Positions 6,968-16,586 of a DNA stretch of 26,373 nucleotides are shown here, piece after piece (position 1 is the first letter of the stretch; the number at the start of each line of letters is the position of its first letter). The DNA lies in the NCBI GenBank assembly GCA_020725385.1, contig DYFC01000065.1, positions 1 through 26,373 of the forward strand, read 5' to 3'. The notes beneath the pieces are model-generated. The model did no database searches and was not told the origin of the DNA. It saw nothing but the letters and a program-made list of their open reading frames with translations. Position numbers and translations under genes: made by a program. Source of the DNA: Nitrospira japonica. Lineage in GTDB: Bacteria > Nitrospirota > Thermodesulfovibrionia > Thermodesulfovibrionales > SM23-35.

Positions 6968-8374
6968 ATGTCGCTTTTAGATGAAAATAAAAGACTTGAA
7001 CAAGCAGATAAACAATATATATGGCATCCCTTTACGCAGATGAAGGAATGGATTGAAGATGTGCCTATAATTATTACTGAAGGAAAGGATTGTTTCATAA
7101 AAGATATATATGGTAAATGGTATATTGATGGTGTATCGTCTTTATGGGTTAATATCTTCGGACACAGAAAAAAAGAATTAGATGATACATTAAAAGCACA
7201 GGTTGATAAAATATCTCATAGCACTCTGCTTGGACTAAGCAATGTTCCGGCTATAGAGTATGCGGAAAAATTAATAAATTTAATACAAAAGTTATACAGT
7301 AAAGACAAATCAAAAAATAACTTGCCCGATAAGAAATTACTCTCGAAAGTATTTTATTCGGATAATGGTTCCACTTCTGTGGAAGTTGCTTTAAAGATGG
7401 CTTTCCAATACTGGCAACACAAAGGAGCGATAGAAAAAACTGCGTTCGTTTCACTTAAAAATGCTTATCATGGTGATACAATTGGAGCTGTCAGCGTTGG
7501 AGGAATTGATATATTTCATAAAACTTTTGAACCTTTACTTTTCAAAACCTATAAAGCTCCTTCGCCATATTGCTACAGATGTGAGCTTGATTTAAAGTAT
7601 CCTTCGTGCAATCTCTCATGTGCATCAAAGCTTGAAGAAATATTTTATAAATATTCTTCTAATATTGCCGCATTTATTATTGAGCCATTAGTTCAGGCAG
7701 CCGGGGGTATGATAGTCTCGCCTCCCGGATACCTTAAAGCTGTTTACGATTTATGCAAAAAATACAATATTCTAATGATAGCTGATGAAATTGCTACAGG
7801 ATTTGGGAGAACAGGAAAAATGTTTGCTTGCGAACATGAGAATGTTTTGCCGGATATTATGTGTCTTTCAAAAGGAATAACAGGTGGATATATGCCACTT
7901 GCTGTAACACTTTCAACAGAGGAGATTTATGATGCTTTTCTCGGTGATTTCAAAGATCTTAAAACATTTTTTCATGGTCATTCATACACAGGAAATCCTC
8001 TTGCTTGTGCAATTGCAATAAAGGTTCTTGATTTATTTGATAAGGAAAAAGTGCTTAAGAATGTTATAGATAATGTGGAGATCCTTGAATTGTGGCTTAA
8101 TGAAATAGAAAAATTTAATCATGTAGGAAATGTTAGAAATTGTGGTATGATGGCCGGGGTGGAGCTTGTTAGAGATAAAAAAACAAAAGAACCTTATGCA
8201 TGGGAAGAAAAAATGGGATGGAAAGTCGTTCTGAAAGCAAGAGAAAAAGGCGTATTCTTGAGACCATTAGGAAATGTAATTGTGATCATGCCTCCATTAA
8301 CAATAACAGGACAAAATCTGAGACAGATGTTGAAAGTTATATCAGAAGCAATTTTAGATGTCTGCAAGGATTAA
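6968..8374 (+). CDS. bioA: Adenosylmethionine-8-amino-7-oxononanoate aminotransferase
   Basis: IWHPFTQM, SSLWVN, DNGSTSVEVALKMA, YHGDT, DEIATGFGRTG, KGITGGY (PLP lysine), HGHSYTGNPL, LRPLG. Confidence 0.95.
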   Translation: MSLLDENKRLEQADKQYIWHPFTQMKEWIEDVPIIITEGKDCFIKDIYGKWYIDGVSSLWVNIFGHRKKELDDTLKAQVDKISHSTLLGLSNVPAIEYAEKLINLIQKLYSKDKSKNNLPDKKLLSKVFYSDNGSTSVEVALKMAFQYWQHKGAIEKTAFVSLKNAYHGDTIGAVSVGGIDIFHKTFEPLLFKTYKAPSPYCYRCELDLKYPSCNLSCASKLEEIFYKYSSNIAAFIIEPLVQAAGGMIVSPPGYLKAVYDLCKKYNILMIADEIATGFGRTGKMFACEHENVLPDIMCLSKGITGGYMPLAVTLSTEEIYDAFLGDFKDLKTFFHGHSYTGNPLACAIAIKVLDLFDKEKVLKNVIDNVEILELWLNEIEKFNHVGNVRNCGMMAGVELVRDKKTKEPYAWEEKMGWKVVLKAREKGVFLRPLGNVIVIMPPLTITGQNLRQMLKVISEAILDVCKD

Positions 8375-8407
8375 ACCGGATTATGCATTTTATTTATAAA
8401 GAAATTT

Positions 8408-10126
8408 TTATCTTATGTATGCATCGGTCACATAACGGCGCATCATGCGGTGGCTATTAAAATAATATGCATTTTTACCTATAGCATTTTGCATCATTTT
8501 AATCCATGTACGTCTGTTTTGGTAATACAAAGGAATGATAATATGCTCGAGTTTATGATATAGGTCATCGGAATCTCTGGAATCCATATTTTCAACAAGT
8601 GTAGTTTCTGTTGGATTAGGACCAATTGACCATCCTGTATATCCTTCAATATGTCCCTCTATCCACCAACCATCAAGAATGCTGAAATTGATTACACCAT
8701 TGTGGGCTGCCTTCATGCCGCTTGTCCCGGATGCTTCTCTTGGCCTAAGAGGTGTGTTAAGCCACACATCAACTCCTGATACCATTTTCAATGCAATATC
8801 CATGTCGTAGTTCTTTAAATAAGAAAGTTTTAAAGCACTGCCAAGTTCTTTCTTAATAGAAAATATTTTCTCTATGAGTTTTTTGCCGGGTTCATCTTTG
8901 GGATGAGCTTTTCCAGCGTAAATAATCTGTAATTTTCCTGAACCAATTTTTTTAAGCCTTTCAATGTCAGAAAAAATAAGATCAGCCCTTTTATATGCTG
9001 TTGCTCTTCTTGCAAAACCTATCGTTAGAATATCTTTATTCATTTCTACGCCTGTTGTTCTTTTAACATAATCAAGAAGTGTATTCTTTGCTTCCAAATG
9101 TGCTTCCCATATTTCTTCATCAGGAATTCTTCCGACCCTTACAAAAAGTTCAGGTTCATTTGCCCAGCCAGGTAAATATTTATCAAAAAGTCTTTTAAAA
9201 CTATCGCACGTCCATGTAAAACTATGTACACCATTTGTAATCGCATTGATTTCATAACCCGGGAACATGCTTCGTGAGACTTCACTATGTTTTTTTGCAA
9301 CACCATTTATAAATTCGCTCAGATTCAAACCGAGACGTGTCATATTGAGATTATCCTGTCCACCAAGTTCTTTTAAAACCTTAAGAGGTATGAAATCCCC
9401 GAGAGTTTTTTGGACAAGGTCATATGGGAAACGATCATGTCCTGCTTCTATAGGAGTATGAGTTGTGAATACACATAAGTCTTTAACTTTCTCTATATCC
9501 CAGACAAGTTTTTCATCCCATACATCCTCTATAGGTCTTTTGAACCTATTTAAAAGTTCAAGTGTAAGAAGACTTGAGTGCCCTTCGTTCATATGATATT
9601 TTTTGATCTCAAAATCAAGCTCATGGAGCATTCTCACACCGCCGATACCAAGAACAATTTCCTGTTTGAGTCTATAAGAAAGGTCTCCACCATAAAGTTT
9701 TGCGGTTATTTCTCTATCTTCAGGAATATTTTCAGGAATATCTGTATCAAGAAAAAATATTGGAATACAACCACCTGTTAGACTCGAAACATTATATTGC
9801 CATGCCTGAACCAGTACATCCCTGCCTTCAATCTGAACAGATATTTTTACAGGCAAAAGTTTCATATACTTTGAAGGTTCCCAATCTGCTGGAAGTTCTG
9901 TTTGCTTGCCATATTCGTCCAATTCTTGTATAAAATATCCTTTCTTAACAAGAATCGTTACTGCTACCATTGGAAGTTTAAGATCAGCTCCGGTTCTAAT
10001 TGTATCTCCTGCGAGAACGCCGAGGCCACCACTGTATGTAGGAATATCATTTTGAATACCTATTTCCATTGAGAAATAGGCAATTTTTGGTTCTTTAGTA
10101 AGTTCTAAAGGGCATGCAAGTGTCAT
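8408..10126 (-). CDS. glgP: Alpha-glucan (glycogen/starch) phosphorylase, short type
   Basis: YFSME, YSGGLGVLAGD, HMNEGH, ITNGVH, FARRATAYKR and EASGTSGMKA (PLP) motifs. Confidence 0.95.
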   Translation of the reverse strand: MTLACPLELTKEPKIAYFSMEIGIQNDIPTYSGGLGVLAGDTIRTGADLKLPMVAVTILVKKGYFIQELDEYGKQTELPADWEPSKYMKLLPVKISVQIEGRDVLVQAWQYNVSSLTGGCIPIFFLDTDIPENIPEDREITAKLYGGDLSYRLKQEIVLGIGGVRMLHELDFEIKKYHMNEGHSSLLTLELLNRFKRPIEDVWDEKLVWDIEKVKDLCVFTTHTPIEAGHDRFPYDLVQKTLGDFIPLKVLKELGGQDNLNMTRLGLNLSEFINGVAKKHSEVSRSMFPGYEINAITNGVHSFTWTCDSFKRLFDKYLPGWANEPELFVRVGRIPDEEIWEAHLEAKNTLLDYVKRTTGVEMNKDILTIGFARRATAYKRADLIFSDIERLKKIGSGKLQIIYAGKAHPKDEPGKKLIEKIFSIKKELGSALKLSYLKNYDMDIALKMVSGVDVWLNTPLRPREASGTSGMKAAHNGVINFSILDGWWIEGHIEGYTGWSIGPNPTETTLVENMDSRDSDDLYHKLEHIIIPLYYQNRRTWIKMMQNAIGKNAYYFNSHRMMRRYVTDAYIR

Positions 10127-10146
10127 AACGAGTTATTTTAGAGTAT

Positions 10147-10809
10147 TTAAATATCTTTTAACAAGAGCTCATCAAAATCTTTAATCTGTTGGAAGTCATT
10201 TGAGTTCAAGGGCTCCTGTTTTGAATTTGCCCTTGCTTTGAAAAGAATATACTTTATTCCAAAAGTTTTTGCAGTATATAAAATTGCCTCTGTATCGTCA
10301 ATAAAAAGAGTCTGGTTTTTATCAAATTTGAGTTTATCCTGTGCAAATTCCCAGAAATTTATATCTTCTTTTGGAAATCCAGCATCAAAAGAACTTAAAA
10401 CAGAATCAAAGTATTTCCCTATCATGGTTTTTCTAAATTTAAGTTCTATTGATTTATAATGAGCATTTGTAAGCAGAAATATTTTTTTCCTTTTTTTCTT
10501 CATAAGTTCTAAGAAATCAATAACATGAGGATGAACTTCGATTAAATGTTTTATTTGCTCTTTTAAAGCAGGAATATCAATATTTAACTCTTCTGACCAG
10601 AAATCCAAATCTGTCCATTTTAATGTTCCTTCATGGGCTTTATATTTTTTCAGCAATTCTGATTTTGCATGGCCAAAAGTAATGTTGTGTTTTTCTGCGT
10701 ATTTTTCGGGAACAAGATGCTCCCAGAAATAATCATCAAAATATTTATCAAGCAAAGTGCCGTCCATGTCGAGCAAAATATATTTGATGTCATTTAAAGG
10801 AATTTTCAA
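10147..10809 (-). CDS. HAD-superfamily hydrolase, YrfG-like nucleotidase
   Basis: LLDMDGTLLD.YFD..FW, LLTNAH, G.PKE and FIDD motifs; TTG start. Confidence 0.85.
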   Translation of the reverse strand: MKIPLNDIKYILLDMDGTLLDKYFDDYFWEHLVPEKYAEKHNITFGHAKSELLKKYKAHEGTLKWTDLDFWSEELNIDIPALKEQIKHLIEVHPHVIDFLELMKKKRKKIFLLTNAHYKSIELKFRKTMIGKYFDSVLSSFDAGFPKEDINFWEFAQDKLKFDKNQTLFIDDTEAILYTAKTFGIKYILFKARANSKQEPLNSNDFQQIKDFDELLLKDI

Positions 10810-10812
10810 TTC

Positions 10813-12132
10813 TTAAAAAGGAAAGAGCTTAGGGAGTTTAAAGCCTTTTTTACCTTTGAACATTTTTAACATCTTCTTAATTTCAATATACTGTTTAATA
10901 ACACGATTAACATCGGTTACAGTAGTGCCGCTTCCAAGAGCTATTCTTCTGCGTCTGCTCCCGTTAATGATACTATAGTCTTTGCGTTCTTTTTTTGTCA
11001 TTGAATTTATTATTGCTTCAACTTTAACAAGTTCTCTTTCATCTACATTTATGTCTTTAATTTTATTGAAACCCGGAATCATATTGAGAAGATTTTCAAG
11101 AGGCCCCATATTGCGCATCTTGCGAAGCTGATCACGTAAATCTTCGAATGTGAAAGTATCTTCCATTATGCTTTTCTGAAGTTTTTCAGCTTCTTTCTGG
11201 TCAAAGGTTTTTTGGGCTTGCTCTATAAGACTTAGGACATCACCCATTCCAAGAATTCTTGAGGCAATTCTGTCAGGATAGAATGGTTCGAGCATATCAA
11301 TTTTTTCACCGGTACCTATGAATTTTATAGGCTTACCGGTAACTGATATAATAGAAATTGCAGCACCACCTCTTGCATCTCCATCCATCTTTGTAAGAAT
11401 AATTCCATCAATTCCAATCTGATCTTCAAAGTTTTTGGCAATGTTTACAGCATCCTGACCTGTCATAGAGTCAGCTACAAATATAACTTCTTTTGGGTTT
11501 ACATTTTTCTTAATTTCCTTTAATTCTGTCATCAAAGACTCGTCAATATGCAGCCTTCCTGCTGTATCAAGTATGATTATGTCTCTTCCATCGAGACGGG
11601 ATTTTTTAATAGAATCAATGCAAAGATTAACAGGATTTTTTTCTTCGCGCGAATAAAAAACAGGCACATCAATTTGAGAGCCAAGTGTGATTAATTGATC
11701 AATAGCAGCAGGTCTCTGAAGGTCTGCTGCTACAAGCATAGGTCTTCTTCCTTCTTTTTTGAAAAGTTTTGCAAGCTTTGCTGAAGTAGTAGTTTTTCCT
11801 GAACCATGAAGTCCAACCATCATAATTATTGTAGGAGGGTTTGGAGCCAACTGAATCCTTACATTAGATTTACCGAGAAGATTGCATAATTCATCATTAA
11901 CGATTTTTACTACCTGTTGGCCGGGAGTAAGACTCTCAAGAACTTCTTTGCCTACTGCTTTTTCCCTTATCTTTTGAATGAAATCCTTAACAACCCTGAA
12001 ATTTACATCAGCTTCAAGAAGAGCAAGTCTAATCTCCTTAAGGGCAGCATCAACATCTTCTTCTTTTAGAAGACCTTTCCCTTTAAGCTTTTTAAATATG
12101 GATTCTAATTTTTCGGTTAAAGATTCAAACAT
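10813..12132 (-). CDS. ffh: Signal recognition particle protein
   Basis: ALLEADV, GSGKTTT, DTAGR, TKMDGDARGG, RILGMGD and SRRRRIA.GSG. ATG at 12132 is preferred over TTG at 12135. Confidence 0.98.
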   Translation of the reverse strand: MFESLTEKLESIFKKLKGKGLLKEEDVDAALKEIRLALLEADVNFRVVKDFIQKIREKAVGKEVLESLTPGQQVVKIVNDELCNLLGKSNVRIQLAPNPPTIIMMVGLHGSGKTTTSAKLAKLFKKEGRRPMLVAADLQRPAAIDQLITLGSQIDVPVFYSREEKNPVNLCIDSIKKSRLDGRDIIILDTAGRLHIDESLMTELKEIKKNVNPKEVIFVADSMTGQDAVNIAKNFEDQIGIDGIILTKMDGDARGGAAISIISVTGKPIKFIGTGEKIDMLEPFYPDRIASRILGMGDVLSLIEQAQKTFDQKEAEKLQKSIMEDTFTFEDLRDQLRKMRNMGPLENLLNMIPGFNKIKDINVDERELVKVEAIINSMTKKERKDYSIINGSRRRRIALGSGTTVTDVNRVIKQYIEIKKMLKMFKGKKGFKLPKLFPF

Positions 12133-12136
12133 CAAA

Positions 12137-12469
12137 TTAACTATTTAGAAAGGATTCTATTTTGGCTTTAAGTTGTTGTTTTGGAACGACGCCCACAATT
12201 TGATCGAGTTTTGTCCCGTTTTTAAAAAACATTATAGTTGGAATACCCATAATTTTATATTTGGTAGCAATTTCAGAATTTTCATCTGTATTTAATTTCA
12301 TTACTTTAAGTCTGCCACTGTATTCTTTGGATAATTCTTCAACGGTTGGTGATATCATTCTGCACGGTCCACACCACGGAGCCCAGAAATCAATCATAAC
12401 AAGTCCTTGTGCATTAAGAACTTCGCTTTCCCAGTTTGCTGTTGTAGCTATCATTATTCCTTCTGCCAT
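12137..12469 (-). CDS. trxA: Thioredoxin
   Basis: DFWAPWCGPC active site, GIPT; AGGAGG RBS upstream. Confidence 0.97.
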   Translation of the reverse strand: MAEGIMIATTANWESEVLNAQGLVMIDFWAPWCGPCRMISPTVEELSKEYSGRLKVMKLNTDENSEIATKYKIMGIPTIMFFKNGTKLDQIVGVVPKQQLKAKIESFLNS

Positions 12470-12525
12470 AATTTCCTCCTGATTATGCCCCCTAAGATTT
12501 TATAAGGGAATATCTTTAATGTTTA

Positions 12526-12555
12526 ATTATATTTGCCTGAAATAACCTTTGTCAA
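12526..12555 (-). promoter_or_regulatory. Sigma70 promoter for trxA-ffh-HAD-glgP
   Basis: Minus strand TTGACA (12555-12550), 18 nt, TATAAT (12531-12526); both hexamers are perfect. Confidence 0.8.
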
Positions 12556-12627
12556 TCTTACCTAACGATTAATCTATATTTAAATCAAATTAAAAATGCA
12601 TTATTCTTATTGATGTGTTTTAATTGA

Positions 12628-12657
12628 TTGACACCACAGTGTTTTTTTTGCTATGTT
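12628..12657 (+). promoter_or_regulatory. Sigma70 promoter, probably giving a leaderless transcript
   Basis: TTGACA (12628-12633), 18 nt, TATGTT (12652-12657) with an extended TG; ATG follows after 6 nt. Confidence 0.65.
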
Positions 12658-12663
12658 TTAGAA

Positions 12664-13446
12664 ATGAAAAAATATATTATCTTCACATTCATTCTGTTTT
12701 TTTTCTTTTCTGAAAGCGTATTGGCTAAAGAACTCAAAGGACTACAACCTCTCGATCCTTATGGTGTTTTTTCAACTTTTTCTACCGAAAGCTTAAAAAA
12801 AGGTAAAAGTGCTGTTTCTTTAGGAGTAGAAGCATCCATAGAACCAGATTTGTACAGAATGATTTTCAAAGGAGCCTATGGATTGAGTGATATAATCGAA
12901 CTGGACTTATCTCTGCCATATGTTTTTGGTTCGGATATAGTTGATGGTTTTGAAGATTTCTCGATTGGTATAAAACACAGATTTTTTGAAGAAAATAAAT
13001 ACGGGCCTTCTCTCGCTTATATGCTTAATTTTTCACTCCCGTCGGGTAGTGATCAGTTAACAACTTCAGGCCGTTTTGGTGTAGGCCTGATTATTAGTAA
13101 AAGGGTAGGTCCTGTCAACGGTCATATGAATTTCATTTATGAAAATACAGGGACCAAAAAACTTGATTATGAATGGTCATTTCTAACCGGGTTTGATTTT
13201 GCGGCAGCACATAATTTTAAAATTCTCTCCGAACTATTAGTAAGGAAAAGTCATGATTCAGAAAAAGTAGATTTAGTTGAGGCAAGAATCGGATATAGGG
13301 TAAAAACTTCAGAATCGATTTATACATCTTTTGGTGCAGGCTTTGACATTAAAAATAGAACACCCGAAGCCCTCCTGATGTTTAATATGACTTTTATTTT
13401 GCCACCGGAAAAGAAAAAAATTAAAAAAATATATGAAGAGGAGTAG
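12664..13446 (+). CDS. Exported putative outer-membrane beta-barrel protein (MetA-pathway/phenol-degradation transporter-like)
   Basis: Signal peptide MKKYIIFTFILFFFFSESVLA from ATG 12664; alternating amphipathic strands; YGLSD..E....LPY and G..D..IG.K.RF pattern. Confidence 0.6.
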   Translation: MKKYIIFTFILFFFFSESVLAKELKGLQPLDPYGVFSTFSTESLKKGKSAVSLGVEASIEPDLYRMIFKGAYGLSDIIELDLSLPYVFGSDIVDGFEDFSIGIKHRFFEENKYGPSLAYMLNFSLPSGSDQLTTSGRFGVGLIISKRVGPVNGHMNFIYENTGTKKLDYEWSFLTGFDFAAAHNFKILSELLVRKSHDSEKVDLVEARIGYRVKTSESIYTSFGAGFDIKNRTPEALLMFNMTFILPPEKKKIKKIYEEE

Positions 13447-13453
13447 TAATTAA

Positions 13454-13786
13454 ATGTTTGACATTGGAATGCCTGAAATGGTGGTTATTTTCATTGTCGC
13501 ACTTCTTGCAGTTGGCCCTAAGAAACTTCCGGAACTTGCTAAAGCATTGGGAAAAGGATTGGGCGAATTGAAAAAATCATTACAGGATGTTAAAGATACC
13601 GTACAGGAAGAATTTAAGGAATCGACATCAGAAATACAAGATACAGTTAAAGATATAAAGAAACAAATAGAAAAAGAATCTGAAGTAGTTAAGGATGTAC
13701 AAAAACAGATTCAGAGAGAGGCAGAAGATACAGGCAAGTCTGTTAGTAAATCAGTTGAAGATATTAATCATCATGTCAATAAATAG
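13454..13786 (+). CDS. tatB: Twin-arginine translocase TatA/TatB family subunit (TatB-like)
   Basis: MFDIG..E...I...AL..VGPKKLP followed by an amphipathic helix; directly upstream of tatC. Confidence 0.85.
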   Translation: MFDIGMPEMVVIFIVALLAVGPKKLPELAKALGKGLGELKKSLQDVKDTVQEEFKESTSEIQDTVKDIKKQIEKESEVVKDVQKQIQREAEDTGKSVSKSVEDINHHVNK

Positions 13787-13826
13787 CCCCAAAAATAATT
13801 AAATTTAATGAGGAATTCAATATAAT

Positions 13827-14612
13827 ATGTCCGAGCAAAAAACGATGTCATTTATGGAACATCTTAGCGAACTAAGAAAAAAAATAATGGTTTCGCTAAT
13901 AGCAGTTACAATAGCATTTTTAGGAACTTTCAACTACTCGGAATATATTCTTCAGTTTATTATGTTCCCTTTAAGATATACACTTGATTTTTCTGTCAGG
14001 AAAATGTACATGTATTATGTTTATTCTGACAAGCTTAAGAATACTAAACTTGTATTTTTATCTCCGGCTGAAGGCTTCTGGATGAATATGAAAATAGCTC
14101 TTGTTGCTGCATTCATAATAGCTCTTCCAGTAGTATTCCAGCAATTATGGAGTTTCATATCTCCTGGACTTCATTCAAAAGAAAAAAAATATATTATTCC
14201 TTTTATTTTTGTAGCAACTGCTCTTTTTCTTGTTGGAGCTTCTTTTTGTTTTTTTATAGTATTACCATTTGCTCTTGAGTTTTTACTTACTTATAAAGTC
14301 GGTGATTACATGATGCCGATGCTATCTGTAGGTCAATATGTTGATTTTTGCCTTAAATTCATACTCGCTTTTGGGGCTGTTTTTGAACTCCCTATCATTA
14401 TTGTTTTTTTCACTCGAATGGGTTTTGTTACTCCTAAGACTCTTGCAAAAAACAGAAGGTACGCGATAGTTATAGCTTTTATCGTTGCTGCTATACTAAC
14501 TCCAACACCCGATGTTTTTAACCAAACTCTTATGGCAGTCCCTATGATCATATTATATGAAGTAGGAATACTGGCCTCAAGAATATTTTCAAGGAAAGAA
14601 GTTATTGTATGA
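13827..14612 (+). CDS. tatC: Twin-arginine translocase TatC
   Basis: EHLSELR, W.FISPGL..EKK, FG..FELP, AAILTPTPD and LYE.GI motifs. Confidence 0.97.
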   Translation: MSEQKTMSFMEHLSELRKKIMVSLIAVTIAFLGTFNYSEYILQFIMFPLRYTLDFSVRKMYMYYVYSDKLKNTKLVFLSPAEGFWMNMKIALVAAFIIALPVVFQQLWSFISPGLHSKEKKYIIPFIFVATALFLVGASFCFFIVLPFALEFLLTYKVGDYMMPMLSVGQYVDFCLKFILAFGAVFELPIIIVFFTRMGFVTPKTLAKNRRYAIVIAFIVAAILTPTPDVFNQTLMAVPMIILYEVGILASRIFSRKEVIV

Positions 14613-14890
14613 CCACGTCAATTAGAGGAAAAAGTCTTAAGGCAACAGCTTATGATATTTCAGAAGGGTATATTGTAGTAAACCCACTTTTTTTAAAATC
14701 CCTTGATAGTGAAACTCTCAAGGGTTTGCACCACGAATTAACCAGGGTACAAACCGAGATAAGATCTGAAAAATTTCCACATGGAGATGTGCAGGCTATT
14801 AGATGGCGCAATACAAGACTTCAAAGATTAAATTCTGCGATAATGATTCTCAAGAATTTTGCGAGAGAAAGAAGAATTATGATTATTTGA
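14609..14890 (+). CDS. Hypothetical protein (93 aa), coupled to tatC
   Basis: ATGA start/stop overlap with tatC; basic, helical-looking sequence; no family recognised. Confidence 0.75.
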   Translation: MTTSIRGKSLKATAYDISEGYIVVNPLFLKSLDSETLKGLHHELTRVQTEIRSEKFPHGDVQAIRWRNTRLQRLNSAIMILKNFARERRIMII

Positions 14891-14904
14891 ATATTTTTAT
14901 TAAT

Positions 14905-14934
14905 TTGACTGCTTATGTAACTATGTGGTAATTT
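14905..14934 (+). promoter_or_regulatory. Putative sigma70 promoter directly ahead of the HEAT-repeat gene
   Basis: TTGACT (14905-14910), 18 nt, TAATTT (14929-14934) with an extended TG; ATG at 14940; no SD. Confidence 0.5.
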
Positions 14935-14939
14935 TATTA

Positions 14940-16586
14940 ATGGAAATTACCGAAGATATAAAAGAAGCAAGAGATATCCTGCAAGTCATTCTTAAAGCTA
15001 AAAAATTATTAAGGATGTATCCTCCAAACAATCCTATCTATCTTAAAACCCTCGAAGAATCTTTTTCAAAATTCAAACAGTTTCTTGATTATAAAGATAG
15101 TTTTACAATTAATATTAGACAGAACAGTATCTTATATGATAATGAACCGATATATTCAAGTAGTGATAAAGAGGACAACCTCGCTCTTTTCTTTTTTAAA
15201 GATGGACTCAGAGAATTAAGCTTTAAAAGAGGGCTTCCCCGCGATGAACTTGAAGAATTTTTAAAAATATTAACGTATGACTTTGAACGTGAGGTATTTG
15301 ATGAAGATATTGTTACTTTACTCTGGGAGAGGGATTTTCAATACATTCAATATGTTGTTGATGAAGCATTCCTGGTTGAGGAAGAAGAAGAAAATTACGA
15401 AATTGTTAGCGAAAAAAAGATAAAAGAAAAAGTTACAGATGTTAATGATCTTCTAAGAGCTTATGCTGACGGCTTTCAGGAAGAAGAATATAAAGGGATT
15501 GCGATAGTTCCTCTTACTGACAAAGACCTTAAAATGCTTGTTGAAGAAATTGAAAGAGACTCTTCCGATAAGATGGGTAAGCTTGTTTCTATTCTTTTTG
15601 AGATTATATATCAGACTGTTGGAAAAGCAGACATCGAAGATATTTTTGCCTTTCTAAGGGATTCAATTAAATACTGCGCGGAACATGGAGAAATATCAAT
15701 GATTCTGGAAATTCTAATGAAAGCAAAAGAAGCAATTGAGGATCCATCGCTCGGAGAGAGAGAAAAAAAATATCTTGAAATGCTTAATTATTATTTAGGC
15801 TCGGAAGAAATTATAAAATTATTTGCCGAATTATTTGATAGTGGAGTTGATATTGATGAAGAAATATTTAGCAATATAGCTTTATTTTTCGAGAAGAATT
15901 CGATAGAACCCCTGGTTAAATATCTCGGAGAACTTAAAACTATACGTGCAAGAAAAATTATTATTGAATCTTTAGTTTTACTCGGGAAAAAAGATATACA
16001 AGCGATTGCAAAAGGACTTAATGATGAAAGATGGTACGTCGTCAGAAATATTATATATATCTTAAGGAAAATAGCTGATAGAAGAGCTGTTGAATATCTT
16101 TTAAAAACTATACGGCATAATGATTTAAGGGTTAAAAAAGAAGTGATTAAAACTCTTGGTGAGCTTGGTGGAAAAGAAGTTATCCAGAGTTTAAGAGAAT
16201 GTCTTGATGATTCTGATATGCAGGTTAGAATAACCGCTGTCAAAGCATTCGGAAACATCGGCACAGAAACCGCAAAAAAGATATTGATTGATAAAATGTC
16301 CGAAAAAAGTTTCAGAGATAAACAGTTTGAAGAAAAAAAGGAATTTTATGAAACTCTCGCGAGGTGGAAGAGCGAGGATATTTTTGAATTTTTAATTAAG
16401 ATAATGAAGTCTAAATCATTTTTCAACAGAGGGAAAATGTTTGAAAATAAAGCATGCGCTGCATATGCGCTTGGTTTAATAGGAAATAAAAATGCTATAT
16501 CAATTCTTGAAAAATTTATAGATTCCGGAAATAAACTTTTAAAGGATTACGCAAATATTGCATTAAAGAAACTGGCTAATGGATAA
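14940..16586 (+). CDS. HEAT-repeat protein with an uncharacterised N-terminal domain
   Basis: C-terminal HEAT/PBS-lyase repeats (LNDERWYVVRNIIYIL, DLRVKKEVIKTLG, DSDMQVRITAVKAFG, AAYALGLIG); N-terminal RMYPPNNP domain. ATG 14940 is preferred to GTG 14925. Confidence 0.85.
   Translation: MEITEDIKEARDILQVILKAKKLLRMYPPNNPIYLKTLEESFSKFKQFLDYKDSFTINIRQNSILYDNEPIYSSSDKEDNLALFFFKDGLRELSFKRGLPRDELEEFLKILTYDFEREVFDEDIVTLLWERDFQYIQYVVDEAFLVEEEEENYEIVSEKKIKEKVTDVNDLLRAYADGFQEEEYKGIAIVPLTDKDLKMLVEEIERDSSDKMGKLVSILFEIIYQTVGKADIEDIFAFLRDSIKYCAEHGEISMILEILMKAKEAIEDPSLGEREKKYLEMLNYYLGSEEIIKLFAELFDSGVDIDEEIFSNIALFFEKNSIEPLVKYLGELKTIRARKIIIESLVLLGKKDIQAIAKGLNDERWYVVRNIIYILRKIADRRAVEYLLKTIRHNDLRVKKEVIKTLGELGGKEVIQSLRECLDDSDMQVRITAVKAFGNIGTETAKKILIDKMSEKSFRDKQFEEKKEFYETLARWKSEDIFEFLIKIMKSKSFFNRGKMFENKACAAYALGLIGNKNAISILEKFIDSGNKLLKDYANIALKKLANG

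Noticed and set aside
7270-7345. Lys-rich extra loop in BioA (QKLYSKDKSKNNLPDKK) as an inserted palindromic element
   Set aside because: No inverted or tandem repeat is visible in the DNA; it is probably an ordinary variable surface loop.
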